This document shows, piece after piece, positions 50,788 to 59,847 of a stretch of 64,000 nt of DNA (the stretch's first letter is position 1; each line of letters opens with the position of its first letter). This stretch comes from an uncultured virus (IMG/VR IMGVR_UViG_3300020213_000018) (Duplodnaviria > Heunggongvirae > Uroviricota > Caudoviricetes), in the IMG/VR virus record IMGVR_UViG_3300020213_000018; one strand, 5' to 3'. A model generated the notes under the pieces. The model did no database searches and had not been told where the DNA came from. It saw only the letters and a list, made by a program, of their open reading frames with translations. The position numbers and the translations under genes were made by a program.

Positions 50788-52026
50788 AATTTATTTATTT
50801 TAGTTTAATTTATATAATGTTATATTTTTTAATTTAATTTTTATGCAGATTTAACTTTCATTAGTTTTTTGATAATCAAAAATCCGCCAACTAATAATAA
50901 AGCACCACCTATATATACAACCGCAGGTGGAAGACCAAGAATTTTATTATCACCATCTAATTCGGGTTTTGTTTTGTCATCTAATGGTAAACCTTTAGCC
51001 TTATCTTCGGCAGCACCTTTTTCAGCATCTTGAATCGCTTTAGTTTCTTCGGGTGTGGGTTGTGGGGCATCAGTTCCATCAGTATCAAAACTTTTACCTT
51101 TTGGACTGTTTGGGTCGTATGGATTTTTTTTAGCACCTGATTTAACTATTATATCTGTTATTTTAAGTGCTACTCCTGTTGATGCTGTTATTATTGATGC
51201 TGTTATAACAGCGTCCATATTTGAATATTCTTCATCACCTATTCCATAATACTCACCATCAAAATTATATTCACCATCAATACTAGTAACTTTTTCTTTC
51301 TCTTTTCTCGCTTTAGCTTTTTTTGTATTAAGTACAGGTTTGTTGTGTGCGCCTTTAATTGGCTTATCCAAACGATTCGGGTCGCCTCCTACACGTATAT
51401 AAAATGCTTTTACTTTATCCAACGCTTTTCTTGCATTAGGTAAATTACTAACATCAAAGTTTTTTTCTTTCGCTTCTGATTCTGATAATAATGCGGGATA
51501 TAATCGGCTACTTATACCAAAAATATTAAATCTAAGTGCTGTTAAAAAAAGACCACGTAATCCAACAGCAGCAGGATTAAATTTCTGTAATTTTCTGCCT
51601 GATTTTCCTTTCTCAACTTTACCTTCAAGTAATGCCTTCCTAAATTCGTCATTACGAGTTTTCGCTAATTCTTTTTTATCTGAACGACTTTTTCCTTTAT
51701 CTTCTACTTTTGTTTCTTTAAGACACTCACGAAATTCTTTTCCTTTTAAACCTTTTGCTTTACAAAGTTTTCGTCTTCCTCCCAATAAAGCAATATTTGA
51801 ATATTCCTGTCCTGAGAAATTTTCAATTAGATTTTTATTTATAGGTTCAAAACTTCCTATTCCTTCATGCTCTTTTTTAGCATCTGAACGTTTTTTATTA
51901 CGTTCTTCTTTTGACATAATATTTGAAAAATACACATCATTCGGTACAAGAAATAAACGAACATCTTGCTTATCTAATAATTCATCAGGAGTATTTATTG
52001 GGTCGAAACTTATCATAATTTATTTA
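50698..52026 (-). repeat. 100-bp direct repeat (50698-50797 and 51927-52026, one mismatch) encoding a shared leader
   Basis: Both genes start MISFDPINTPDELLDKQDVRLFLVPxDVYF. Confidence 0.95.
50841..52016 (-). CDS. Basic tail-anchored putative virion protein
   Basis: Acidic leader, K-rich body, KILGL-TM-K tail. Confidence 0.8.
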   Translation of the reverse strand: MISFDPINTPDELLDKQDVRLFLVPNDVYFSNIMSKEERNKKRSDAKKEHEGIGSFEPINKNLIENFSGQEYSNIALLGGRRKLCKAKGLKGKEFRECLKETKVEDKGKSRSDKKELAKTRNDEFRKALLEGKVEKGKSGRKLQKFNPAAVGLRGLFLTALRFNIFGISSRLYPALLSESEAKEKNFDVSNLPNARKALDKVKAFYIRVGGDPNRLDKPIKGAHNKPVLNTKKAKARKEKEKVTSIDGEYNFDGEYYGIGDEEYSNMDAVITASIITASTGVALKITDIIVKSGAKKNPYDPNSPKGKSFDTDGTDAPQPTPEETKAIQDAEKGAAEDKAKGLPLDDKTKPELDGDNKILGLPPAVVYIGGALLLVGGFLIIKKLMKVKSA

Positions 52027-52036
52027 AAAAAATTAA

Positions 52037-52582
52037 TTAAGCAGTAGCAGTACTCACTCCCTTACCCTTCATCACGCTACGCACAACAAAGAAACCACCG
52101 ATAGCAACAACGGCAATACCAATAAAGAAAATGGGTTTTGATAAACCAAGAATTTTTCCACTTTCATCTCCACTACCTGAACCTGCTCCACTACCTGATG
52201 TATCTCCACCTTTATCATTACCACTATCACCCGAAGTTGCGGTTGCAGAAGCATCTTTTTTAACTGTTGTAGATGTAGAATCACTTGTAGGAGAAGGAGA
52301 TTCTGTTTGCCCTGCACCTGTTGATGTTTCTGCGTCTGTATTTTCTGTTGTGGTAGAATCAGTAGTAGCCACAGTATTAGTTCCACCACCTTTTTTAGTA
52401 GAACGTTTTTCTACACGAGCAGTTTTTTTATTGTCACGTTTTTCTACACGAGCAGTTTTTTTAGTAGAACGTTTTTCTTTACGGGTATCTTTTTTAGCTT
52501 TACGCTTACTTGATATATTTGAAAAACTATCGTCTAAAAAATTAGATGTTGACGGCTCAAATTCAATTTGATTTATTTCCAT
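52037..52582 (-). CDS. Basic-repeat tail-anchored protein (paralog of 52617-53522)
   Basis: MEINQIEFEP leader, ARVEKR repeats, KILGLSKPIFFIG tail. Confidence 0.85.
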   Translation of the reverse strand: MEINQIEFEPSTSNFLDDSFSNISSKRKAKKDTRKEKRSTKKTARVEKRDNKKTARVEKRSTKKGGGTNTVATTDSTTTENTDAETSTGAGQTESPSPTSDSTSTTVKKDASATATSGDSGNDKGGDTSGSGAGSGSGDESGKILGLSKPIFFIGIAVVAIGGFFVVRSVMKGKGVSTATA

Positions 52583-52616
52583 TTTTTTATTTTTTTAAAT
52601 TATTTAATTTAATTTA

Positions 52617-53522
52617 TTATGCAGCTTTAGCAGAACCTTTACCTTTCATTTTTTTAATAATAAAGAAACTAACAACGGCAATAACGGCAAGACCGATAAA
52701 AAATATAGGTTTTGACATACCGAGAATTTTTCCTTCTTCTTTACCTCCGCCACCTTCACCTTTTGCTTCGCCTTCTTTTTTAGAATCTGCTCCACCTTCT
52801 TCTCCTGCACCTTCTCCACCACCTTGTTTTGAACCTGAACCTGCTCCGCCACTTGAGGTTGAACCTCCACCACCAACATCACCACCACCAACTGTTCTTG
52901 GATTCCTACTCATCATATCACCACTTCCTGAATCACCACTTCCTGAATTGGTTGAAGACACATTACCTGATTCACCACCACCTTGCTCTTGTGATTCTTG
53001 TTGGTTTTGAGCTTCATCTTTTGGAGTTGGAGTTGAAGATGTTTCGTTTACAGGAGGCTTATCATCATCACCTTGTTGTAGTTGTTGTCCCTGTGGCTGA
53101 TTTTGTAATGAATCAGTTGTGTTAATAGTATCCGTTACAGGTAACTCACTTACACCTGTGTTTACTTTTCCTTTACCTTTACGTACTGCACGTTTTTCTA
53201 CACGAGTAGATTTTTTATCAGAACGTTTTTCTATACGGGTAGCTTTTTTATCTTGTCTTACAGCTTTTCTATCGTCACGTTTTTCTACACGAGCAATTTT
53301 TTTATCGGCACGTTTTTCTACACGAGCAATTTTTTTATCGTCACGTTTTTCTACACGAGCAATTTTTTTATCGGCACGTTTTTCTTGACGTTCAGATTTT
53401 TTAGAACCACCACCGCTTCCGCCTGATGATGATTTGTTTTTTGATTTTCCTCTAGCATTTGAAAAACTATCATCAAGAAAGTTTGACATTGCGGGTTCAA
53501 ATTCTATTTGGTTAATGTCCAT
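52617..53522 (-). CDS. Basic-repeat tail-anchored protein
   Basis: MDINQIEFEP leader, 11-aa KKIARVEKRxD repeats, G/S linker, KILGMSKPIFFIG tail. Confidence 0.85.
   Translation of the reverse strand: MDINQIEFEPAMSNFLDDSFSNARGKSKNKSSSGGSGGGSKKSERQEKRADKKIARVEKRDDKKIARVEKRADKKIARVEKRDDRKAVRQDKKATRIEKRSDKKSTRVEKRAVRKGKGKVNTGVSELPVTDTINTTDSLQNQPQGQQLQQGDDDKPPVNETSSTPTPKDEAQNQQESQEQGGGESGNVSSTNSGSGDSGSGDMMSRNPRTVGGGDVGGGGSTSSGGAGSGSKQGGGEGAGEEGGADSKKEGEAKGEGGGGKEEGKILGMSKPIFFIGLAVIAVVSFFIIKKMKGKGSAKAA
53190..53395 (-). repeat. 33-bp coding tandem repeat (~6 units)
   Basis: CGTTTTTCTACACGAGCAATTTTTTTATC recurs with 33-bp period; ends approximate. Confidence 0.85.
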
Positions 53523-53563
53523 TTTGTTTATTTTTTTAGGGTTTAATTTATATTTTAATTTAG

Positions 53564-54154
53564 TTATGTTAATGGTACAGCAGAAGGCGAAGGGCTAGAA
53601 GCACCTGCACTTTTTGCGAAAAACTTTTTGTAAATAAAAAATCCTGCTATCGCAACAACTCCAACAATAACAGGAATTGCAACTGATTTTGACATACCTA
53701 ATATTTTATCATCAGATTCTTTTTTAGGAGGTCTTTGTTCTGATTGTGGTTTATAAGATTGAGAACTTTCAGCAGGGGTTATAGTAGGATTTTTTGTTTT
53801 AACATATTCCTGAACGCATTTATCCCACTCAGCCCTCTTTCTTTTAAATAATGGTTTTTTACCACAAGCTGATTTATTGTCTTTCCTTTGTGATTTACGT
53901 GCTTGTTTAGCTTCATTTTGTTGGCGACTAGCAAGTGCCGTAGCTAGACCTGCTGTTACAGTTCCAGCTTGTACAATAGCATCAGCATCCACATTTGAAT
54001 AAATATCAACACGACGACGATAACTATTACGATGATTATCTTGACGACGACCAATATTATTTATTGCATTACGTGTATGTATTGATGATTCACCAACAAC
54101 ATTACTGTCAAGCAAGTTATTATTTGGGCAGTCTAATAAATCTGAATTAATCAT
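53564..54154 (-). CDS. Tail-anchored protein with basic Cys-pair domain
   Basis: YSNVDA; ACGKK...EWDKC; KILGMSK-TM. Confidence 0.8.
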   Translation of the reverse strand: MINSDLLDCPNNNLLDSNVVGESSIHTRNAINNIGRRQDNHRNSYRRRVDIYSNVDADAIVQAGTVTAGLATALASRQQNEAKQARKSQRKDNKSACGKKPLFKRKRAEWDKCVQEYVKTKNPTITPAESSQSYKPQSEQRPPKKESDDKILGMSKSVAIPVIVGVVAIAGFFIYKKFFAKSAGASSPSPSAVPLT

Positions 54155-54185
54155 GTTTTTTTTTAATTATTAAAAATGTAATGTA

Positions 54186-54563
54186 TTACGCTTTTTTCTC
54201 ATCCTTTTCTCCTTTAAGGATAACTTTTGCACCAAGACCTGCAACAGTACCGAATACGATTGAACCTAATAATCCATATCCGATGTATGCAAAAAATCCT
54301 TTTTTCTTAGAAAAGGCGTATCCTAAACCCGCAATTAAACCAACCGAACTTCCGAATGATGCGATGTTTACTATTTTTTTTGTACGTTTATCCATAATGT
54401 TTTTATCGAACTTAATAGCATCTTTAGGTGCTACTGTAACAGTTGTTTTTGTTTCAGTTTTTGTAGTTGAACCTGACGGTGATTGAACCGTAGTGTTTTC
54501 TTCTTTTACTGTTGATGTTTTTGTATCAGCAGGTTTAGTCGTTTTAATTGTTTCGTTTGACAT
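54186..54563 (-). CDS. Two-TM glycine-zipper membrane protein
   Basis: Likely start MSNETIK at 54563; GxxxG helices. Confidence 0.75.
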   Translation of the reverse strand: MSNETIKTTKPADTKTSTVKEENTTVQSPSGSTTKTETKTTVTVAPKDAIKFDKNIMDKRTKKIVNIASFGSSVGLIAGLGYAFSKKKGFFAYIGYGLLGSIVFGTVAGLGAKVILKGEKDEKKA

Positions 54564-54582
54564 GATTTTTTGTTTTAAGGGT

Positions 54583-54786
54583 TTATATTTTTTTTGTACG
54601 ATTAATAACATCATCAACAACAGACTTAACATTTTTAACTGTATCAGATAATAGTTTATTTTTATCAGCATCTTCTTTTAATGCAGCAATTTGTTTATCT
54701 TGCTTATTCATTTTATTTATTGCGTATGCAGCGAATCCTAAAAGACCTACACCTAACGCTAAATGAATTATGTTTTCTGTTTTCAT
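54583..54786 (-). CDS. Small single-TM protein
   Basis: 67 aa. Confidence 0.75.
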   Translation of the reverse strand: MKTENIIHLALGVGLLGFAAYAINKMNKQDKQIAALKEDADKNKLLSDTVKNVKSVVDDVINRTKKI

Positions 54787-54800
54787 GGTTTTATTTTTTT

Positions 54801-55310
54801 TTAGTTTAATATTAATTTTTTAGCACTTTTGTTTTTTAAAATCTTTACAGTAGCAGCTATTCCTACTAATGCGATAACAGCCATACAAGTATATCCGTAT
54901 AATGGTTTCATACCAAACACGGTTTTATTTTCTTCATATTTTTTACTACTACTTTTTTTTGTATCACTATTATTTTTGGTGTCAGGATTAATGTTATCTT
55001 TTTGCTGTTGTGGTTTAGTATTTCCACTACCAAAATTATTATCATCAGTAGCGTTTTGTACATTACTCTTAACTTCATTTTGTTGTTGAGTTTCAATTTC
55101 AGCTTTAACACCATCCGCAGATGATAAATCAAATTCATCATTTGAACTACCGTTAGTGCCAAGAATTTCAGAAACAACCTCACCATCTTCTTTTAAAGTA
55201 GTAACCTTAGTACGAATACTTTTTTTATTAGTACGACGACGATTCACGAAGTCATTATAGTCTTCGTGTTCGTTAATCGGTTTATCAATTATGTTTTCGT
55301 ATAATTCCAC
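54801..55310 (-). CDS. Tail-anchored protein
   Basis: LSSADG motif; KTVFGMKP-TM-K tail. Confidence 0.75.
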   Translation of the reverse strand: MELYENIIDKPINEHEDYNDFVNRRRTNKKSIRTKVTTLKEDGEVVSEILGTNGSSNDEFDLSSADGVKAEIETQQQNEVKSNVQNATDDNNFGSGNTKPQQQKDNINPDTKNNSDTKKSSSKKYEENKTVFGMKPLYGYTCMAVIALVGIAATVKILKNKSAKKLILN

Positions 55311-55316
55311 TTCTTA

Positions 55317-56558
55317 TTATATTTTTATGTAACAACCTCTTAAAAATTGTTTCTTTAATTTAGTGTTACCAACATGACAAACAGGATAGCAAGGTTTACG
55401 ACCAATAATGTTTTCAAAATCTGAACATAAAATTTCATTTTTACCATCTAACTTAGCTAACACTAAATCTTCTTCTGATTTTTTAACATCACCACCTTTA
55501 GCGTATTCTATTTTTTTACCAAATTTATCAGTAATCATATTTATTCCACTCTCAACACTCTCAAATCCTGCTTCTTTTTCAGCTTCATAAAGTGCGCTAT
55601 CTTCGTCTTTTGCAAAACCAACCCAATCGTGGCTTTTTCCATATTTACTGTTTATTGTTACTGCCCATTCAGGAATGTTTTTATTTTCACCAACCCCACC
55701 GCCTTTAGACATTTTAGATAAATCATAATTAGAAGCCCAATTATCAAATTCACGAATGGCATTTGTATTACCATATTTATCTTCTAAAAGTCTAACTTCT
55801 TTTTGACCAAAGTTTTCATAAAGACCTTTAGATTTTGCTTTTGAAATAAGCATTAATTTATATTTTTCTATGTCTTTTGATTCGTTACCAACCCCACCGC
55901 CTTTAGCAAATTTTTCAGAAACATAACCTTCTTCAATTAAAAATTTAGTTAAGTCTTCGGGTGAAAAATCTAAACCGTTAGGTTTAACATCATAATAACT
56001 ACCTCTCTCATCAAGTAAATATTGATAAGTTTCTTTTTCAAAATCATACCCTTTCTTTTTCAAGTAGGCTAAAAACTCTTTAAATTCTTTTGCTTCTTGA
56101 TTAGAAATTGCCTGATTATAAAATTCTTCCAAATCTTCATATTCTAATCCATCTTTAACGAATCCATCAGCAGGTTTTCCGAAAACAAATGCAGCTTCTC
56201 CATTATATCCTGTTGTTTCAGAAACGATATTTTTTGGATGATTTTTTTTGAAATAAGCTATTGAAACTTTATCTCCAAAATCACCTGCGTAATCCGAATA
56301 ACTAAATTGTATAACGGTATCATCTTCTTTTATTTTTGATTTTAATTTCTTCTTTAATGAAGCAGAACCAAAACTGTTGCCTATTTCATCATGCGAAACA
56401 ACTTCACCGCCTTTAGCAAATTTCTTTGTACGGTTTACATCAGAACGATTAGGTCTGTTTTCGTAATAAACATTTCCATCTTCCGATGTGCGTTTACCTG
56501 CGTGTAAAGCCTTTATTTTTTTATCTTTTTTTATAGATGCCTTAGTTCTTTTTGTCAT
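55317..56558 (-). CDS. GG-delimited modular polyprotein C
   Basis: FAKGG x2, MSKGG, YAKGG; N-terminal YYENRPNRSD; C-terminal KLKKQFLRGCY. Confidence 0.8.
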   Translation of the reverse strand: MTKRTKASIKKDKKIKALHAGKRTSEDGNVYYENRPNRSDVNRTKKFAKGGEVVSHDEIGNSFGSASLKKKLKSKIKEDDTVIQFSYSDYAGDFGDKVSIAYFKKNHPKNIVSETTGYNGEAAFVFGKPADGFVKDGLEYEDLEEFYNQAISNQEAKEFKEFLAYLKKKGYDFEKETYQYLLDERGSYYDVKPNGLDFSPEDLTKFLIEEGYVSEKFAKGGGVGNESKDIEKYKLMLISKAKSKGLYENFGQKEVRLLEDKYGNTNAIREFDNWASNYDLSKMSKGGGVGENKNIPEWAVTINSKYGKSHDWVGFAKDEDSALYEAEKEAGFESVESGINMITDKFGKKIEYAKGGDVKKSEEDLVLAKLDGKNEILCSDFENIIGRKPCYPVCHVGNTKLKKQFLRGCYIKI

Positions 56559-56583
56559 TTTATTTTATTTTTAAAATGATTAA

Positions 56584-58716
56584 TTATGTTGCAGGTATTA
56601 ATTTAGCTGCACCTTTACCTTTGTTTACATACCAAATAATTCCTATTACTGTAAGTCCAACAGCAGTTGCAACGATAGCAAAATTTATCGGGTGCATACC
56701 TAAAATAGTTTTCTCACCTTTAGGAGAATCACCACCTCTTGATATATCACCTTCACCTTCGGTAGAAGTTTCACCCGCAGCTTGTTTTGATTTTGCTTGT
56801 AAGAAAGCAGCACCAAATTGTGCTATTGAGTTCATTAAATTTTTAGCACCCTCAGATTTTGTCCACTCAGAAAATGGTTTTGTACTTCCGCTACTTTCGT
56901 AAACAGCTTTCATTTCATCTTCTGTGTAAACTACTTTATTTTTATCAGCTAATATAGCAGCTTGTTCTTTAGTTAGTGCCTTACTTTTTTTATTAGCTTT
57001 ATTTTCTGCTCTTTTTTCTTTACTAAAAACTCCTTTTGCCCAATCTCCAAAAGCGTTTGACATTTCTTCGCTTCCGTCGAAAGCTAACATATCACCACCA
57101 CCATGATAATCTTCTTCTAATGCACCACCATTAAATGATAAATTATCATTAAGACGACGATTAGTATTAACTTTCATTTCTCTACGTTGCATACGTGAAA
57201 AACCATCAGCACCTAAATCCATATTTTGATTAACATCAAGTGCGGGTCTTCTGCTTCCATTAAAACCTAAATCAAGATTTGTGTTTGATGTAAAATCACT
57301 TTCACCATCAGCACCTAAATCAAGATTTGTGTTTGATGTAAAATCACTTTCACCATCAGCACCTAAATCCATATTTTGAGTAATATCAAGTTCGGGTCTT
57401 CTGCTTCCATTAAAACCTAAATCCCAATTAATATTATTATTAGCATCAAACCCTAAATCAAGATTGTTTAGTGTAACATCCATTGCGGGTCTATTACGGC
57501 TTCCATCAGAACCTAAGTCAAGGTTTGTATTTCCGTCAAATCCTAAATCAAGATTAGTATTACCATCTAAAGAAGATTTTTTAATTCCTTTTTTAAGGCT
57601 ACGATTACGACCACGATTTACATAACGACGATTACGACGACGTGGATGTTTACGACGTGGACGTGATACTCTACCTCCCTGAACACTTAAATCAATATTT
57701 GTATTTCCGTCAAAAGATAAATCAAGGGTTGTATTTCCATCTAAAGAAGAAGTTGATTTTTTAATAGCTAAACGTTTTTTAATAATTGGTCTAACTGCAC
57801 CAATATGAACTAACATATTTGCCTTATTATTTTCTCCAATCTTAATAAAACCTGCTGATTTTGTTATTACTGATATAGCTTTTGTTTTTTTATCTTTCTT
57901 TCTGAACTTAAAATTACCTTTAGGTAAAATAGTTCCTGAAACTTTAGAACCTTTACCTAGTTTTCTTTTTGTAAAGTGAATAACACCTGTTGATTTATCC
58001 TGTGCAAATACTTTCGCTTGTGGTTTTACTACTCTGAATTTTTTAGAACCATCAGCACTTGAACTATCACCGTCAAATGATAAATCTAAAGATGTATTAC
58101 CATCGAATGATAAATCAAGATTTGTGTTTGAAGTGAAATCACTTTCACCATCAAATCCTAAATCCAAATCTGTATTACCATCAAAAGACACACTTACTTC
58201 TTTAATTTTTTTTTCAACTCCTTTAGCCCAAGTAATCTGTTCAGGACTAACACCATATTTTCCTTCATTTTTTAAAATGTATTGGTAATATGGTATTGCT
58301 TTTTCAGCATCAATATAATTGTACGGAGCATTTTTATCCATCTTCAACATTTTACGTAAAGTACCTTGATACTTAACGAATACTAAGTTGGCTCTTACTC
58401 TTGAAATACGACCAAGTGCTTTATCTTTTTGTTTAACAGGAACACCTTTTTGGCTATCAGGAACTTTATAATAATCGCTATCTTCTATAACCATCCAATC
58501 ATTATCGGGTGCTTGTAAAGTTTGAATACCTACCGATACGTTTGTAACAGGTCTTGGCTTTTTATCATAACAAGCATTTGTTTTTTCGTTAGCAACATTA
58601 GACTTGTCATTAGGTTGTATAATTATTTTATTATCATAATTACAAACCTGAATATTTTGTCCTTTTTTACCTTTAACGGGAACAGTTTTGAATATTTCAT
58701 TTTTATTGATAGCCAT
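56584..58716 (-). CDS. Large tail-anchored protein with NTNLDL[GS][FA]DG repeats
   Basis: About 15-20 motif copies interleaved with basic domains; KTILGM-TM tail. Confidence 0.85.
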   Translation of the reverse strand: MAINKNEIFKTVPVKGKKGQNIQVCNYDNKIIIQPNDKSNVANEKTNACYDKKPRPVTNVSVGIQTLQAPDNDWMVIEDSDYYKVPDSQKGVPVKQKDKALGRISRVRANLVFVKYQGTLRKMLKMDKNAPYNYIDAEKAIPYYQYILKNEGKYGVSPEQITWAKGVEKKIKEVSVSFDGNTDLDLGFDGESDFTSNTNLDLSFDGNTSLDLSFDGDSSSADGSKKFRVVKPQAKVFAQDKSTGVIHFTKRKLGKGSKVSGTILPKGNFKFRKKDKKTKAISVITKSAGFIKIGENNKANMLVHIGAVRPIIKKRLAIKKSTSSLDGNTTLDLSFDGNTNIDLSVQGGRVSRPRRKHPRRRNRRYVNRGRNRSLKKGIKKSSLDGNTNLDLGFDGNTNLDLGSDGSRNRPAMDVTLNNLDLGFDANNNINWDLGFNGSRRPELDITQNMDLGADGESDFTSNTNLDLGADGESDFTSNTNLDLGFNGSRRPALDVNQNMDLGADGFSRMQRREMKVNTNRRLNDNLSFNGGALEEDYHGGGDMLAFDGSEEMSNAFGDWAKGVFSKEKRAENKANKKSKALTKEQAAILADKNKVVYTEDEMKAVYESSGSTKPFSEWTKSEGAKNLMNSIAQFGAAFLQAKSKQAAGETSTEGEGDISRGGDSPKGEKTILGMHPINFAIVATAVGLTVIGIIWYVNKGKGAAKLIPAT
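57200..58190 (-). repeat. Coding repeat arrays (LDLG[FA]DG units, including a 48-bp tandem duplication near 57265-57370)
   Basis: ACCTAAATCAAGATTTGTGTTTGATGTAAAATCACTTTCACCATCAGC is repeated; ends approximate. Confidence 0.85.
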
Positions 58717-58745
58717 TTTATTTAGGTTTTAAGTTTAATTAGTAT

Positions 58746-59006
58746 TTATTTTCTTTTAAAATTAAATTCTTGTTTCTCTTGACTTGATGATATAATATTG
58801 TGTCCGATATACCCCCCTCCAACAATTCCAACAACTATACAAATAGGCATATTCCATTTAAAATAATATCCTGATAAAAGTCCTATTATTCCACCAACAA
58901 CTGCACCTTTAGTATATCCACCCGCTCTTTCTGAAATATTTTTACCATAAGTATTATTCTTTAATTCATTTGCATTTTTATTTATTTTATCGTCTTCAAT
59001 TGCCAT
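58746..59006 (-). CDS. Glycine-zipper two-TM protein
   Basis: GAVVGGIIG...GIVGGGYIG. Confidence 0.75.
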   Translation of the reverse strand: MAIEDDKINKNANELKNNTYGKNISERAGGYTKGAVVGGIIGLLSGYYFKWNMPICIVVGIVGGGYIGHNIISSSQEKQEFNFKRK

Positions 59007-59017
59007 TTATAAAAAAA

Positions 59018-59821
59018 CTATAATAAATTAGATGCGTTAGTATTCACATTCATTGCACTTGTATTAACATTCGATGCGCCAATATTAGGTGTTGACATCG
59101 GTGTTGGTGTTGAAATATTATTAATAGCATTAGCTGTTGGTATCGGTGTTGGTGTTACATTCATTATTGGCGGTGGTATTACTGTATTTGCATTTACTCC
59201 GCCCGTAGGAACTAAACTACCACCGTCTACTAATAACGATAATGCTTTCTTTGCCTTATTTTTTCTGTAAAAATAAATTCCTACTCCTATTGCTGTTAAA
59301 ACTAAAAGTCCACCAATAATATAATAAGCCTTTTTACTTTTTTTCTTTTTAGCTGCTTCGGGAACTACTTGTTTAAAAATAATTCTTTTATAATCTCCCT
59401 TAGAATCAGCTTTTGATTTAATCTGCTTCATTATATCATTCTTAATAGAACCACTTACGGTTGAATTTGTAAGTGATTTATCTAAAAGAATTTTATAAGT
59501 AGCACCCATGTTATCTACTTTTGTTTTCCAATCTTTATCTTTTTTAATGATGCCGTTCATTTCAGCAATTAGAAAACTTATACCTCTGTTTAATTGATTA
59601 TTGTTACCGATATTTGTAATAATACTTTCTACAATTTCTTCATCACTTACATTTTGTTCTGTTTTTATACCCGTCTTATTAAGTAAATCAATTACTTTAC
59701 CTGCATCAGACATAATTAAATCAGATACCTCATTTACCCAAAGGTCAAGTGTTAAGTCAACATCTCCTGACTTAACAGCACCTTCAAAGTTTGAGTAGTA
59801 ATCGTGATTTAAAAATTGCAT
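59018..59821 (-). CDS. Membrane protein with short YYSNFEG leader
   Basis: Helical domain, TM, P/T/N-rich tail. Confidence 0.8.
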   Translation of the reverse strand: MQFLNHDYYSNFEGAVKSGDVDLTLDLWVNEVSDLIMSDAGKVIDLLNKTGIKTEQNVSDEEIVESIITNIGNNNQLNRGISFLIAEMNGIIKKDKDWKTKVDNMGATYKILLDKSLTNSTVSGSIKNDIMKQIKSKADSKGDYKRIIFKQVVPEAAKKKKSKKAYYIIGGLLVLTAIGVGIYFYRKNKAKKALSLLVDGGSLVPTGGVNANTVIPPPIMNVTPTPIPTANAINNISTPTPMSTPNIGASNVNTSAMNVNTNASNLL

Positions 59822-59847
59822 TATATTTATTTTTTTAAAAAATTAAT

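Noticed and set aside
50021..53388. Plus-strand ORFs of 65-172 aa (50021, 52131, 52546, 53119 and others)
   Set aside because: Antisense shadows of low-complexity minus-strand genes
54564..54671. N-terminal extension of the 161-aa ORF
   Set aside because: It overlaps the 67-aa gene; the ATG at 54563 has a proper A-rich leader
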